DNA of 64,000 bases, from positions 40,796,001 through 40,860,000 of the forward strand of contig OZ241828.1 in NCBI GenBank assembly GCA_965202585.1. The letters run 5' to 3'. This DNA comes from Thalia democratica (lineage: Eukaryota). Positions 36,727 to 50,800 of the stretch are shown here, piece by piece. A program made the position numbers and the translations under genes. The stretch's first letter is position 1. Each line of letters opens with the position of its first letter. The notes under the pieces are model-generated. The model was not told where the DNA came from. It did not search any database and saw only the letters and a list, made by a program, of their open reading frames with translations.

Positions 36727-37899
36727 ATATAACATATTGTTTTGAAATAATAATTTAAATTAAAACTTAAGTATACTTGTTATACTGATAGAAATCTAAA
36801 AAAGATAAGTTTTTTTTTTTTTTAATATTCCAAATATTAATAGTAACTACCAAAAATTATATCAGCATTTTTTTATTTGTGTCTGTAATGAGTTGTTATA
36901 AGAACAAACAAAATTTTGTCAATCTTACATAGTAGAACAACTTGAAGAAAAATTTTCCATAAGGTATATAAATATTTCTGGGTTCATGATATAGAATTTT
37001 TCTGTAAATTTTCATTTTATTGGTTTTTACTTAGGGACTATTTAATGATTTGTCAAATGCTTACAACAGAAAGAAAAAAAAGGAGAACTGAAATTAAAAA
37101 CTTAATTTACTATAGATGAATATGGCATAAAGAAAAAATGTTGGTCAATAAAGACAACTATTTAAAAAAATTCAGTATATTTTATTCAAATTATACTGAT
37201 ATGAGTATTTATTTTTGTAGTTTTTACTTTAAAATACATTGAAAATCACCTTTTAATTTTGAATTAACATAAATAAGATTTTCTTAAAGCTGTCTAAAAA
37301 TTAATCTATTTTATACTTTGGAATAAAATACTGTTATTATTGATAAATATATATATTTTTAAGTAACTGCGGCCCACATTTTTTTTCTATTTAGTGCTAC
37401 CTTAGAGCAACTTTTATCAATAAAAGTTGGCTCGTAATTTTTTGAGGCAGCCAACGATTCCTAGGGTAGGGTAAGTACTAAGTAGACACTTGCTTATATG
37501 CGTTCTTTACTTTTTATACCGGTTTATTTTATCATAAACTATAAATAGTAGATTTTTTTATAATTTTATATATCTTTAAAAGTAGATGATAAAGTAAGTT
37601 GGTTATATAAAAAATACTTAATTTTGTTAAAATGCTTTATAAAAAAGCTAAGTTATTAGAACACACATAAAAGTTAGAAAGTATTTATATATATATAAAT
37701 AACTTTTTTTTTTTCAAATTAGTTGTATTTTGAAAAATAAAATACCAAAGTAAATTATATTTTAGATTGTATTTAATTGTCGCTTAAAACAAGATAACTA
37801 ACTAAAAGTATTAAATATTATATATACTCATTATAAAACACTTTGGTTTACTGTTTATTAAACTTAAAGTAAGAAATTAAACTTTAATAAAATTTTAAA

Positions 37900-38006
37900 G
37901 TCCTAACTAAAAGGTATGCGTGGTTAGCGACTCGAAAACTAAAATATTTTTCTTGCACCCGGTCTTAAAACCAAGTATTTTAAGCGTCTTTTTTTTCGTT
38001 TAATAA
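37900..38006. repeat. About 120-bp dispersed repeat, copy 3 (more diverged)
   Basis: Aligns to 8950-9066 over TAAAAGG...GTGGT...GCACC.GGTCTTA..ACCAAGTATTTT. Confidence 0.5.
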
Positions 38007-39365
38007 ACTACAAAAAAGTATAGTGTTATATGTTTTATAACTCGATGAGATCTTAATACTTATTTATAAAAGAAGCAATAAAAAAGCTAAAAGGTAATAA
38101 AACAGTTAATCAAGTTACTGTATATAAATGATTAAGCTTTTTAATTCAAAAAAAAAAGTATTTTATTATACTTTTGTTAACTTTTAATCAAGTCAAAAAA
38201 AATTTATACAAAAAATTAGTTTAAGAAAAAAAATAACAAAATTAAAAATGTTTTCAAAAAAAGTTTAACTTTTAAAAATTACTCTAAAGTACTTTTGAAA
38301 AATTAATTAAAAATTTTTGCAAAAATTTTATTTCTTAATTTATTAGATTAGTTGGTGATACAAAATTGGCCTAAAATTTTTAACTGAAATAGTTACTTAT
38401 ACATTTTTATTTTTATTAACGAATTAAATTTTTTAATTATAACTTTTAATTTAACACGCAAATTTTAATACAGGTAGAGTTAAGGTTGAATAAAAGAATC
38501 CACAACAGAGAAAGCTTAACACATTATGTATGTTTTAACTTTAGTATTTCATGCTAATTTTTTAAGATTTATTCAAAATAGCGACTCTAAGCAAGACCAT
38601 CTTTTGCTAAATATGCTTCGAATTATTTTTGTAGGCAAGCTTTTAAAAGATTTTTTATAAAGTATAAATGATTTATACTCTTATAAAACAATTCATTAAC
38701 GAAAAAAGATTTGATAAATTTGCATATTAAACACGTCTTTTTGTACTTACACACCAACTAAATGTACTTCTTTTTATAATACTTAAAAGTTAGACAAGAG
38801 AAAATTTCTTATAAAATATTTAAACATTGCTATGAGAAAATTTATGAGTCTAAATTAATTTTTTAGCTCTAAAGCTTAATTTAAAATCTTATTTAAATTA
38901 TTAAGTATTTTTATATCAATAACTAACAATATTCTTCATAAAAGTATATTATGCGCTAAGCACTTGTTAATTTTACTTTATAAGTAAAATAACTTAAAAA
39001 ACTCTTCAACTGTAATTTTAATTCTGAAAAGGAAAAACATATATACATGAAAAATGTTTAACTAGTCTCAGTAAAAAAAACAAGACAAAACATATCGCGT
39101 TAAATTAACAACATAACTTTTACATACACAAATAATATCTTAGTATTTATTCTTAGAAGTGTGAGATTATTTTAAACTTAGATTGTCTAGGTGAAAAAAA
39201 TATTTTATAGAATCAAGTCTTTTAAAAATACTTTGAAAAGATTTTTTATAAAGTATAAATGATTGTAGGGTCGGCAAACTGTAGCCCACGGGCCAAATTC
39301 AGCCCTAAAAGCCAATTTCTGCAACCCGTGAAGTACTTATAGCTCAAAGCATACTTTTTTAAATA

Positions 39366-39512
39366 CAGTCAACGAAAACATCGGCGAAAGCCTACAAAGC
39401 CGAAGCCTGGAATTTTGTGTGTTGTGAGACAAGCTCAAGTTTAACAAAGATTTGATCATACCAAGTCCATCATTAGACCACAAGCATTTGATATGAGACC
39501 GGTCTCGTCATT
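39366..39512 (-). mobile_element. 3' fragment of the hammerhead-bearing element family
   Basis: GTGAGACAAGCTCAAGTTTAACA...CATTAGACCACAAG...TGAGACCGGTCTCGTC matches the tail and half the ribozyme of 25727-26108, and the 12783 copy. Confidence 0.6.
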
Positions 39513-41367
39513 GTTCTAAAAGTTTAAAAGTCTAAAAAAAATTTTAAAGTTCTACAGTATTTTTTACAACCAAACAAATTGATATATACGGTATCTGTAA
39601 ATAAATAAAAACTGTCTTTTAATTATTTTAATTCTTTAAAATCAAAATTTTAAATGTTTGTTAAAAGTTTTTATGCAAAAAACTATGATTTTTTTTATGA
39701 AATTGTAAATATTTTTATAAAATTTAAGCTTTTTTCAAAGTTAAAATATTTTGTGGTTTAATCGTTGTTTTTTGATTGTACACAATCAATCTGAATCCAG
39801 TTTTTTTTTTCGAAAAAAACTAAATTCTGTTAGTTTTATTTGCTAAAAGTCTCAATTTTATAATTTTTTAATAAATCAGTGTCTAATCTTAAAGTGTTTT
39901 GAAACTATTATATTAATAATAAATACAATATTTTAATGGCTAGCTAACTTGGATTTAGTGGCAATAAACCATTTAATTTTGTCTTAAAAGAGTCTTTGAA
40001 ATAATAGTTACTATAAATAAAGTTATTTTGTCGAAAATTAGGTTAGCAAATCATCATTATATATTGTAGAACCTTTTAGAAACGATATGAAAATTAAATA
40101 TATATAAAAGTAACACTAGCAAGTATTATTGAATCGGTATCTATTTTTTGTTAGATTTATATTACTAACAACTAAAACTATAAAGATTATAAAATATTTT
40201 CAATATGAAAAACTTAACTCTCACTTTTGTTTAAAACATAAATTAAAAAGTTCATTTTATTAGGTTTGCAAATATTTAAAAATATTATCTAGTCGTTAAA
40301 ATCAATAGAAATTATTGTAATATATGTAAAATAAAAATATATTCTACTGCATCTGGCAAAAATTAAAATGTTTTATTTTTTGTAACTCTTTGTATTTTTA
40401 ATACAAAGTAAAAAAATATATATTAAAATACTTTATTCATGTTTTTCATATCTTTGTAATAGAAAAATATTTATAAGCACATAAGCTTATATAAAAAACA
40501 AGTCAGTGATAACAGTTTTGATGAAATGTTTATTTTTGACCACGTCACAGTCGTATTCTTCTTTATATCATTCTATGTTGAGTTATTGTTTTAATGATTT
40601 AATCACATTTATCAGTATAAGATATTAATATCATAAAGTTTTTCTTAGGCCTAAATATTTTATTTTTTTTTTATTTTTTTTTTATAATTTCAAAAAATTG
40701 TTTTAACTTTTTTCTGTCATTAAAATTAGTAGAAAGCCATTATTTAGGTATTTAGATTCAATTTTTATTATCTTTCAAAATTAACAAAAAATAAGAGGAT
40801 TTCCTTCAATTCAATTTAACATTAAACTGTTAAGAATTATCTATCTCTACTAAAAACTAGTTTGGATAAAAAAGTCAGACGAAGCCTTTAAAGATAGAAT
40901 TCAAAGAAAACTTGTGGCCAATTTTTTGTAATTTTATCGCGAGCTAAGTAACCGTAATTCAATATAAAGTTAGTCTCGTCGTTTTAAGTACTATGTTTTT
41001 CTACACTATTATCATAATGCGTCTATTTTTTTAAATTAATATTTAGTTAAATAAACCAGTGGTTTTTAAAACCTGTGCTTAGTAAACTATTGGCAAACTA
41101 CTTCAGTGCACTATGTACAATAAAGATACGTACTAACTATAAATAACACTAGTTTTTAAAGCTATATAGATTTAAGTGTCTTATTAATAGAAATGAAAAA
41201 CTGGTTACTTACGTAAAGAATTTTGCTTTCCAAAAAAAAAGAATTCAAAAGGTGTTATACCGAAATAAAACTTCTGTGCACATTGAAATAATTTCTATTC
41301 AAACAATGTGCAAAGATGCATACTGTGCTAAGATCACTACAGTAAACTAAAATACGTCAATCTAGTA

Positions 41368-41432
41368 CAGTAACCTCTCGCATCTTTACGCACTCGTGAC
41401 GTTACGCACTCTCGTTTAGTTACGCATTTTAA
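41368..41432. mobile_element. Tigger-like TIR end fragment
   Basis: TA|CAGTAACCTCTCG...CTCGTTTAGTTACGCATTTTA; near-identical end at 13790-13846. Confidence 0.45.
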
Positions 41433-42522
41433 AATTCTGAAAAATTTTTTTTTTTTTTAATATTTCACAAATTAGGTTTATTTTATATTTTTAATGTATT
41501 AAAGCTTTGCTTTAATCACAAACTTACAATTAACAACAAAGAGCTTACAAATAAGCATCTAGTCTAGTCTTATCTCAGAGCGCGTTAAAGCTTCTGCTTA
41601 ATTTTTATCAAGGGTTTGATATTAATATATAAACTTAAACTTGTAGTCTTTTAATTCTCAAACTAACACTTCTTGTACTTTAAAACTTCAATTTAAGTCA
41701 TGTAAATGAAAAAAATTATTGCTGATAGACAAAGCGTTTTGATTACTTAAAAGTACGTTACAAAGTTATTTTAGACGTTGTTATACTAAAGATTTATGTA
41801 ATTGGTAATATTAAGATGTTATTGAGTATCTATATATCTGTATCTAAATGACAATTTAACTACCAGAATAAAAGTCTGTAATATTATAATATATAAGTTT
41901 TACTTCTTAATTTAAGTACTAACTAACTTTTGGCACTACGTTGTTTTCAAATCTTAATTCAAATGGTTCATACTATAGTCTAAGACTCTAAGTCTTATAG
42001 CCGGAACTTTTAGGACAAAAGTAATTAAGTTAACGTGTGTTTTGCATATAGTTTAATATAATCATAAGTTATTTAGTAAAAAAAAATATTGTACGAGAAA
42101 CAAAATTGAAGATTGAAAATTTTTCTATCCTAGATAGTAAAGTAAATGTTAATTTTATAAGTGTATTTATGTAATTGTAACTAAGCAAAAAAGGTAGGTA
42201 TTTGTTTAAACATGCAGTTTTTACAAACTACAAGAGTTTTAAAAATTAATCTATTTTGTGCTATGCATCAAAAGTTTTAATCTGTTTATAAAATAATATT
42301 TATCTGTGATTTTTACAAAATTAGACTGTAAAGAATTTAACTATATTAAATAACACATAAGTAACAGTTTATTTTTATGTTTACGGAAATAAACTTACCA
42401 ACTTTAAGTTTCACTTTTAAACCATGATATGACATAAGTGTAGTATTACAAACTTGTAAATAAGAGCATAGCATAGTATCGTAAACTAGTTAGTTCACAT
42501 TTAAAAGCTTTCTAACTCTATT

Positions 42523-42878
42523 CAGTAGGGACATCGATAAGATACGCACCAAAAGAACAATCGAGGTAAAATGCGTGCCTTCCAAAAAATGTTACCTTAC
42601 AGCTTTATACAAAGTTTTTCTAAACACCAAATATTAACAAAAGTTTACATAGTTCAATAAAAATACAGTCTATTTTATATGTTTAGAGTTAATATAACTT
42701 TATCAAAAAATAATTCTGTTATATTTGAATTATCTATATTAAGGTCATGTTTTCGTTCATTTAACTTTATTCGTTTAATGAATTATCTTTTAAATGTATT
42801 TTTCAAAGATAATTTGTTATCATCCATTTTCGAGATTCGGTAAGTAAGTTATTGATGTCCCTAGGCAAGTCCCTACTG
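42523..42878. mobile_element. Tc1/mariner-like MITE
   Basis: CAGTAGGGAC ... GTCCCTACTG|TA inverted ends. Confidence 0.55.
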
Positions 42879-44560
42879 TATTTGCTCTTCAATTGCAGAT
42901 TTAACTAAATTTGATATATGCACTTATCAAAGTTGTTGCACACGAAATTAATTTTTGTTGTTGACCAAGCAAATATTAGGGGAAACATTTTAAAATTACA
43001 ATCAGAGCCTATTGTTACAACACTAAAATGTTTTAAAGTAAGAAGTTATACAATGATAATATTGCGTGCATTATGCTCATTAGATGCTTTTTCTTAGTTT
43101 AATAAATATTTAACATAAATCAAAATACTTACAATTAAAAAATTACTGTAAAAGACATACTACAACAACAAGAAAATAAGGGCAACTAGAAAAATGTGAA
43201 TGTGAACATAAAAATCTAAATATAGGGGAGGAGACGGTTGGAGCCCATAGTAGACTGTGGTTTCCATGGTCAATATTGGTAGTTATGGGTTAAAAAAGAG
43301 TTCTTACCATTTTTAAAATTGTTTTATTTTACTAATACTTTTTAAGTTTTTTTTCATTATTGTTTTAAAGTTAGCTCAAAGTATTCAGTCACAAGCAAAT
43401 GGTGCACAGCTTGATGAACAAAAGGTCTTTCTCTACACCAACCCATTGACCTTAATTGTGAGCGTTCACATTTTTCTTATTTCTTCATGAGTAGAAAATT
43501 TTCAACTCAAATAGTTAAAAGTTATTATTCTTTTTCCAAAGATAACTTTTTTATTTCTTTTAGTGTAGCCTTAATGTTTTAGATTTATGGTCTTATAATC
43601 TTTATTTTTTATTTCTATAAAACACTGAATTGTAATAAAAAAACCTATCTTAGGGAAAGTAAACATAAAAGAAAGCCCTGCAAGGGTTTGAGACTGATGT
43701 TTTTTTTTTTTTTTCCATAATTGTGTAATTTTAACTCATGGCCAACTTTATAATTTTGGTTATTTTTGTGTAGTTGGTGCAGACTTAAAATTTAATATAA
43801 TTTGCAAAGCATTTGGAGTAAATATTGGATTGAAAATAATAAAAACTGGTATCAAAACTTACAAAACTTTTAATATAGTTAAAAAAAAGACTCACACATT
43901 TTGAAATGAAAAAACTTAGTTCTACATAAATTAGAATTTTGTTCAACTTTTAGTCACTAATAAAATTAATTGCTGCCTACTAGCCCACTAAGTAAAATAG
44001 AGTATTCTTAAATAAACAATTTAAAAGAAAAAAATCAAATTTAGAATAGTAATCTAGCTTTTACTTAATTAATATTCTTAAATATTTTAGCTTGTTGTTT
44101 CAGCTAACTCAATGCATTTTAAATTTCATAATTAACAGTTTAGGCTAAAAAAATCAGGAAAAACCTGGAATTTTAAACAATTTTCACATGTAAAATATTA
44201 AAATTTTGATTTGACACAAAAAGTCTACCATATAGATAAAAAAATTTGTCATCATCAAACTTTTTTATATTAAAAAACACATTTAAAGTTGTATTACAGT
44301 ATCTTTTTGATGTTCTTATACTACTGAACACAATATTTAACCTTTAACTTAAATAAACTAAGGTAGACCCAAAAACTTGTACTTTTAAAAACCTGGAAGA
44401 AATTTCTTAAAAACCAGTGGCAATCCTGATAGTGTAAGTTTTGCATGTACTGAAGTTAAAGCTCAATGACTAAATTAAAAAATGTATATTTATGTTATTA
44501 TGATACCTACTAACAATAAAATAAATAATGTATTTAGATTTTGAATTTATTAATTAGACC

Positions 44561-44881
44561 ATGGAAACAAGATTTCTATTATTGTACTTACTGCTTACAT
44601 TAACTTCTACATTTGCAATGGATTCATACCAGAGGGGTGACAAAGTAGAAGTTTTTGTCAACAAAGTTGGTCCATATTTTAATCCTCATGAAACTTATCA
44701 TTACTATTCACTTCCTGTGTGCAGACCTGACAAAATTCAACATAAATCGTTAACATTAGGAGAAGTTTTAGATGGAGATAGGATGGCTTACTCTATGTAT
44801 GAAATAAACTTTTTGAAAGATGTAGAAAACAAATTGCTTTGTAAAGTACATTTAGAAGAGAAAGAACTTCAACAACTCAAG
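44561..44881 (+). CDS. TM9SF1: TM9SF1 exon 1
   Basis: METRFLLL...KELQQLK; donor GTAAAA. Confidence 0.93.
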
Positions 44882-47800
44882 GTAAAATTAGAATTGTTTA
44901 AATTTTTGTATAATTTTTTGGGGAATTTTGATTTTTGTAAAATTTTTTCATTCTGCAATAAAGGTTGAGAACACTTTATAATTTATTATAAAAGTCAAAT
45001 TTCAACTAAATTAAATGTTAATTGTATCATTTAGATACTTTATTATAGTTAACAAAATGAAGTTTGTTTTAAATTTTCAGTTTTACCAGTTTTTAAATTT
45101 TTCTTATACTAAATACATCTAGCATTGATTTAAATGAGTTAAATTTCTACAAAATATATAAAAAACTTGGGAACAGGTCAAATATGCACAAAAAGACACT
45201 TTTGCACAAACACAATGTTGCACAAAGGGACATTTTTGCACTAAGGGCACTTTTGCACAAAGACACTTTTGCATGATATGTCACTTTTGCACTAGAATTA
45301 AAAAATATAAATAAAATACAATGATAAATAAAAAAATAAAAGTAAAATAATAAAAATTTACTCACTAAGGGTGAGGGTTAGGTTGGGGGTAACATCGATA
45401 TTAAAAATAGAAAACAAATTAAATTAATAAAAAAAGAAGATTAATTGATAAATTTTCAATCTGTGCAAAAGTGTCTTCGTGCAAAAATGACTCCTTGTGC
45501 AAAAGTTTCTTTGTACAAAAATGTCCCTTTGTGCACATTTGACACCTACCCAAAAAAATCTGCCTAGTTTGCAACGACTTAGGCTTTTTTTTTGAAACAG
45601 CTGTAAGTTGTTACAAATAGTTTTTAAGGCCATATAAGTTTAAAATATACTTACAACTTAGTTACATATAAATTCTCCTGTAAAATTAGAGGGCAATGCC
45701 ATTTAGTCTAACTTTTTGAAAAGTTTACAATATTATATATATTTGTTTCCTAATTTTTTCTAAACACAATCTCTCAACGAATAAAATAAATTAAAAGTTT
45801 AGAAATAATATGGAGTTTTTAAGTATATTGCTGATTATAAACTGCTAAAAGAAATATAATATTTACTAATTAGCACTTTTGCTGTTTTAGTTTGTACTAA
45901 AAAACTAACCTGTTAAAAACTATAACTTAGCAATATTTAAAATTCTTTAAATTAGTTATGCTGTAATAAGTAGGGGTAACTAGAGTAAACACCTTTAAAC
46001 TGAAATCAACTTTAAAAAACAAAATTGACTCCAATTTAGCTTGAGTTGATGTGCTTTCAATTTTAAGATTAAAAAGTTTCAATTCAATTTTATAGTTAAG
46101 ATTTTTTTTTAATTACAATATAATTTATTTTTATAAAAACATTTTAATCTTCATATAGTAGTATAAAGTTTAAAAAATTGTTATAAATTTGCTATGAATA
46201 TAGTGCTATCTTGAAAAATTATTAATAAGCAAGAATTTTAATTATATGAAATAAGTAAACCTAATTTAGAGAAGAACAATTTTATAAAGCTGATGAAAAT
46301 AGCAACGAGTGATGTGCAGTTTAATTTCAACAATACAATTTACAGTCAGATAGACGGCGTAGCCATGGGGTCACCTTTGGGTCCTACTCTAGCGAATATT
46401 TTTATTGGATATTTAGAATCCAAAATTGCTGACGACTTGTCTTCACAAGTTGTCTACATAAGATACGTGGACGATTGTTTGGTCATATCCAAAACAGAAA
46501 GTGAAAATGAAGATATTTTTCAAAAATTAAACTCTTTACATAAAAAGATTTCTTTTACTAAAGAAGTAGAAGAGAACAATCAGCTGCCATTTCTGGATAT
46601 ATTAATAATAAAAGATAAAACAAGCTTCTTAACGAATGTTTATAGAAAAACAACTTTCACTGGGCAATACTTACACTACCAATCGTTTTGTAGCAAGAAA
46701 CGAAAAGTAAATCTAATCAAAACGCTGTACCATAGAGCATACAGAATCTGTTCGAAAGAATTACTTCATTCAGAGGTTGAGAGAATAAAAGAAATATTAA
46801 TAAAAAATGGGTACCCACCAGATTTGATTAAGAAGGTGATAAAATCACACCACAATAACATAAATCAACCTAGACTATTTGGACCGGAGAAGTTCCCAGC
46901 AATATTAAAATTACCTTATATTGGAGAAAAATCACGAGTATTTGAGAGCAAACTAAAAGACTTAACAAAAACATCTTACAATCAAGTGCTTCCAAGAGTT
47001 ATATTTCTTTCAAAATCTTTATTAAAAGTGCAGTTGAAGGACCCGATACCAGACCAAGACAAAAGTTGTGTAGTATACAAGTTTAATTGCTCTTGCGAAA
47101 AGAGCTATATTGGGCAGACCTCTAGGCACTTAAAAACCAGGATAAAAGAACATCTACCTGCTTGTGTATTGAAATTCATCGAACAAGAACCTGAAATAAA
47201 GACAATAGCAACAAAAAACGCAGCAAAAAGATCTTCAGTTGCAGAACATCTAATAAATAATAGAGATTGTGCTAGGAAATATGACATATCCAGATTTAGA
47301 ATAATCCATCATTGCAATAGTGTGTTTGATCTCGTGAAGTTGGAGGCTATCTCTATATTTTTGGAGAAACCAGAGCTGTGTAAACAGAAGGAATTTTATT
47401 ATAAAGTGTCTTTATTTAGTTAAATTATCTATTTTTTATCCGTTAGTAGTATTTGAGTTTAATTATTTATTACTTTACACTGATTATTTATTGTGCTTAT
47501 TACTTTGTTAGTTTTAACTTTTTGTGTTTTTGTTTGAAAACTTATTCACAGTTTTAGAATTGTTCTACTGTTAAGTTCTGACGAAAAGTAGTGTAATACG
47601 TATAAACTATCACAGAAAACTTGAGAGAGTGTTTTATTTATTTGTTTTTGCATTAAATATGAATTAGCTGATAATGTTTGAAGTATTAATAAGCAAGAAA
47701 TTAGATAAAAACCAAAACTTTTAAGAAACCTGAATTCTGATTTGTTTTTTTTACATATATTATTTAATTGAAGGCTCTTTTGTCTGCTTAAACCATAAGT

Positions 47801-50800
47801 TATACTCAATTTACTTAAGTATGTTAATCTTGATTGTTTGAATTGCGTTTGAAAGTATATTTAAATTTGTCAAGTAGTTTCAAGCCTTAGTAAAATATGT
47901 TCTAGTTGTAAATGAGAATTATTTAGCAAATTATAATTTTTTTAAGAAAAAAAAGCTCAACAAACTTAAAATTCATGAATAATAACTTAAAGTTTAAACA
48001 ACTTAGTTTAGCTGTCTTACTCCAACTGGCATGAAAACTTTTTGTCAAATAAAGTTGGTCCTATCATTAAACATATTTCACAAAAAATACTTTTTTTTAA
48101 ATTTAGTCTTATTTTTTCATAATTACATAAGCTACTTGTTACACTTTACCACTTGTTAAAATTCAGAGTAACTTTTGAAATATAAGCAATCAAAGTTAGA
48201 AGGATCAATAAATTTTTATGGGAGGCGGAAACTATAAGGATAAAAGTATACTATTTCACTAAAAATATATCTTCTCCATCAGTATTTTAGCAGTTGTCTT
48301 CGAACTGTTTCAGAGTAATATTTTATAAATTTCAAACAACTTGTAGGAAACAAGTTTTTAACTATGCAAAAAATAGACAAAAAAATGTTTGTTTTTTAAA
48401 CTGTGGTCATAAATTTTCTCAAGGCTTTTATTCAAAAATCCGCCTCCTACAAGTTGTTTGTAATATTGTAAACTACGTTTTCTGAAAATTTAAATTAAAT
48501 TTCTTTAAAGATGAAGGAGGATATAGATTTTTGGTAAAATTTTCAAAATTCCAAAAAAGTTGACCTTGAAAATTTTTGATTCCATTTGATTGTATTGGAT
48601 TTTTTTTAAACAAATATTGTTATATCTCAAAAGTTAATTGATATTTTATGTTCTATAATAACTATTGTGTAGTATATACTCTAAGCTTTGAAATAAGAAT
48701 CAATGTTAATATTTGTAAAAAAAATGTTTGATCCCCCAACTGCCCTTTAATGTTACAAATAAATTATGTTATAACTTAAAACAAACTTAATATTCGTAAA
48801 AATGAATTTATACATACTAAAAATTTAAGGATGCAGTTGAAGAGTTGTATTATTCAGAGCTTGTTGTAGATGAGCTTCCTGTCAGAAACTTCATTGGTAG
48901 ATTAGAAGAAAGCTCGTTTCTTACTGTGCCTCATATTCACAAGCTGTTTCTTTATAACCATTTAACGTTCCACATCACATACAACAGAAATAAAGTTTGT
49001 ATTTTTAATTAAGTTTTGAAAAAAATTACCAAAAAAGCTACCACTTAACTTACTTTTATATTTAATTGTATTTAAAATTTGAGTTTTTTGTATATAACTA
49101 GCTTTTTCCAACTTTTTAGTAATTTTTTTTATATTGTTGTTCGAATATTTAAGAAATTTGTTTAAATAAAGTATTTAAGATTGAATTCTTTTTAAAAATG
49201 TTGCATTTCAACAATTTGCTAAACTGTTTTATATTCTTATAGATTTGTTAAACGTTTTTTTAAAATTAAATTTCACATAATTAAATATGCAAGATCTAAC
49301 TTGAATTTTAGATATCTTAACAGAACATTTTCACAAGCAAGTTTCTAAATGAAAATTTTAAAGTGTTATTTGATAGCATGTTGTGTAAGTTTTTTAAAAT
49401 CATAAAAACATGCCTTGAATTTTCGTCAATCTGAATGTGTAATTATTATACAACATTATTTTATGTGTCGAATTAAAAGTTGTTTATAATTAGTTTAATC
49501 CTTTCCATCACTTAATCAAAAAACATCTAACTCAAATTTTTTTTATAAACTATAAAGTAAAGATTTTGTATATGATGCAATTATCGTATTTGTTTTTAAA
49601 ACAAACAAAACTAAGAACGTTGGAAATCGTTTAAAAAGAAAGTTCGTTTTGTATAGGCTTATAAATTAATAGCAAACTTATTTGTATATTAATTTTCCCT
49701 TATCTTCCAATTCTTCTAAAATCTTACATGAAGTAAGTATTACACTACATTTTCATTAGTCTGTAATTTATCAATGTATAAAGAATTACTATTTTATTAA
49801 AAAAAATTCAGATTATATCAGTAAACACCACAACTGGAATGTCTAATTCTTTTTCATTGGATAGAGAACCACCATTTGAAATTGAATACACATATAGTGT
49901 TGAATGGAAACCTACTGACGTTTCCCCTAAAAAACGCCTTTCTTTATTGAAAGATTACAGGTTAGATTGTATAACTAAAATAAGGTTTAGAGTTTATAAA
50001 AAAGTTAACAATTTTTGAAAATTTTATTTATATATACAATAAAATATTTAAAAAAAAAGTAAAATAAAACAACTGTATAAGCTAAATATTGATATTTATC
50101 TAACTAAAATCTGATTAAAAAAACTTTTTCATAAAACATTTCAATACTGTAAAAAATAAGATATTTTTAAATATTAAAATATGTTACCCAAAATATGAAT
50201 TTAACAAATTTAGTTTTTATATTTACATTTTTCATTATGATAAAGTATTAATAAATGGAGATATTTTACTTTCTATAGATTATAAGTTAATATAAAATTT
50301 CAATGTTTTGAGTGTAGAATATGAAAGTTGTTTGTTTTTATAAAATGAAAAAAAGCTTTTACAATGAAGATTAAAATAGAGACTGTATTGAAGAAAAACA
50401 TTTTATGTCCATATTAAAAGTTTTATATTTTTTGTTTATTTTATTCTTTGACAGCCTTTTTTAAACTATAATTTTTTTTTTAAACAAGAAATAAAAGCCA
50501 TTTCTTTATTTTTTATTATATATTATTCGAAACTGATCTGAAACAATGAAATTTTGTGATAAGATTTAACATGAATAAAATACTATTTTTTTGGCATTAT
50601 AATTTGATCATCTCTGAGGAATTTATTAAACTATCTTACTTGAACTCAAAAGCTTCTTTGAGTAATGAAATATGGTATAAAAAGCAACTGTGAGCTTGTT
50701 TAAAAAATCTGCCAAACAATATCAAATTGTAAAAAAGTGCTTTACCCTTTCTATGGCCTTTAAAATATATTATCAGAATTGTAACTACTTAGGGGTCTCA

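Noticed and set aside
37919-37940. CGTGGTTAG resembling the start of a pistol ribozyme
   Set aside because: P1 cannot pair and the rest of the motif is missing
47578-47620. CTGACGA in the PLE 3' region as a hammerhead
   Set aside because: No GAAA, and stems I/II are unconvincing; at most a fossil
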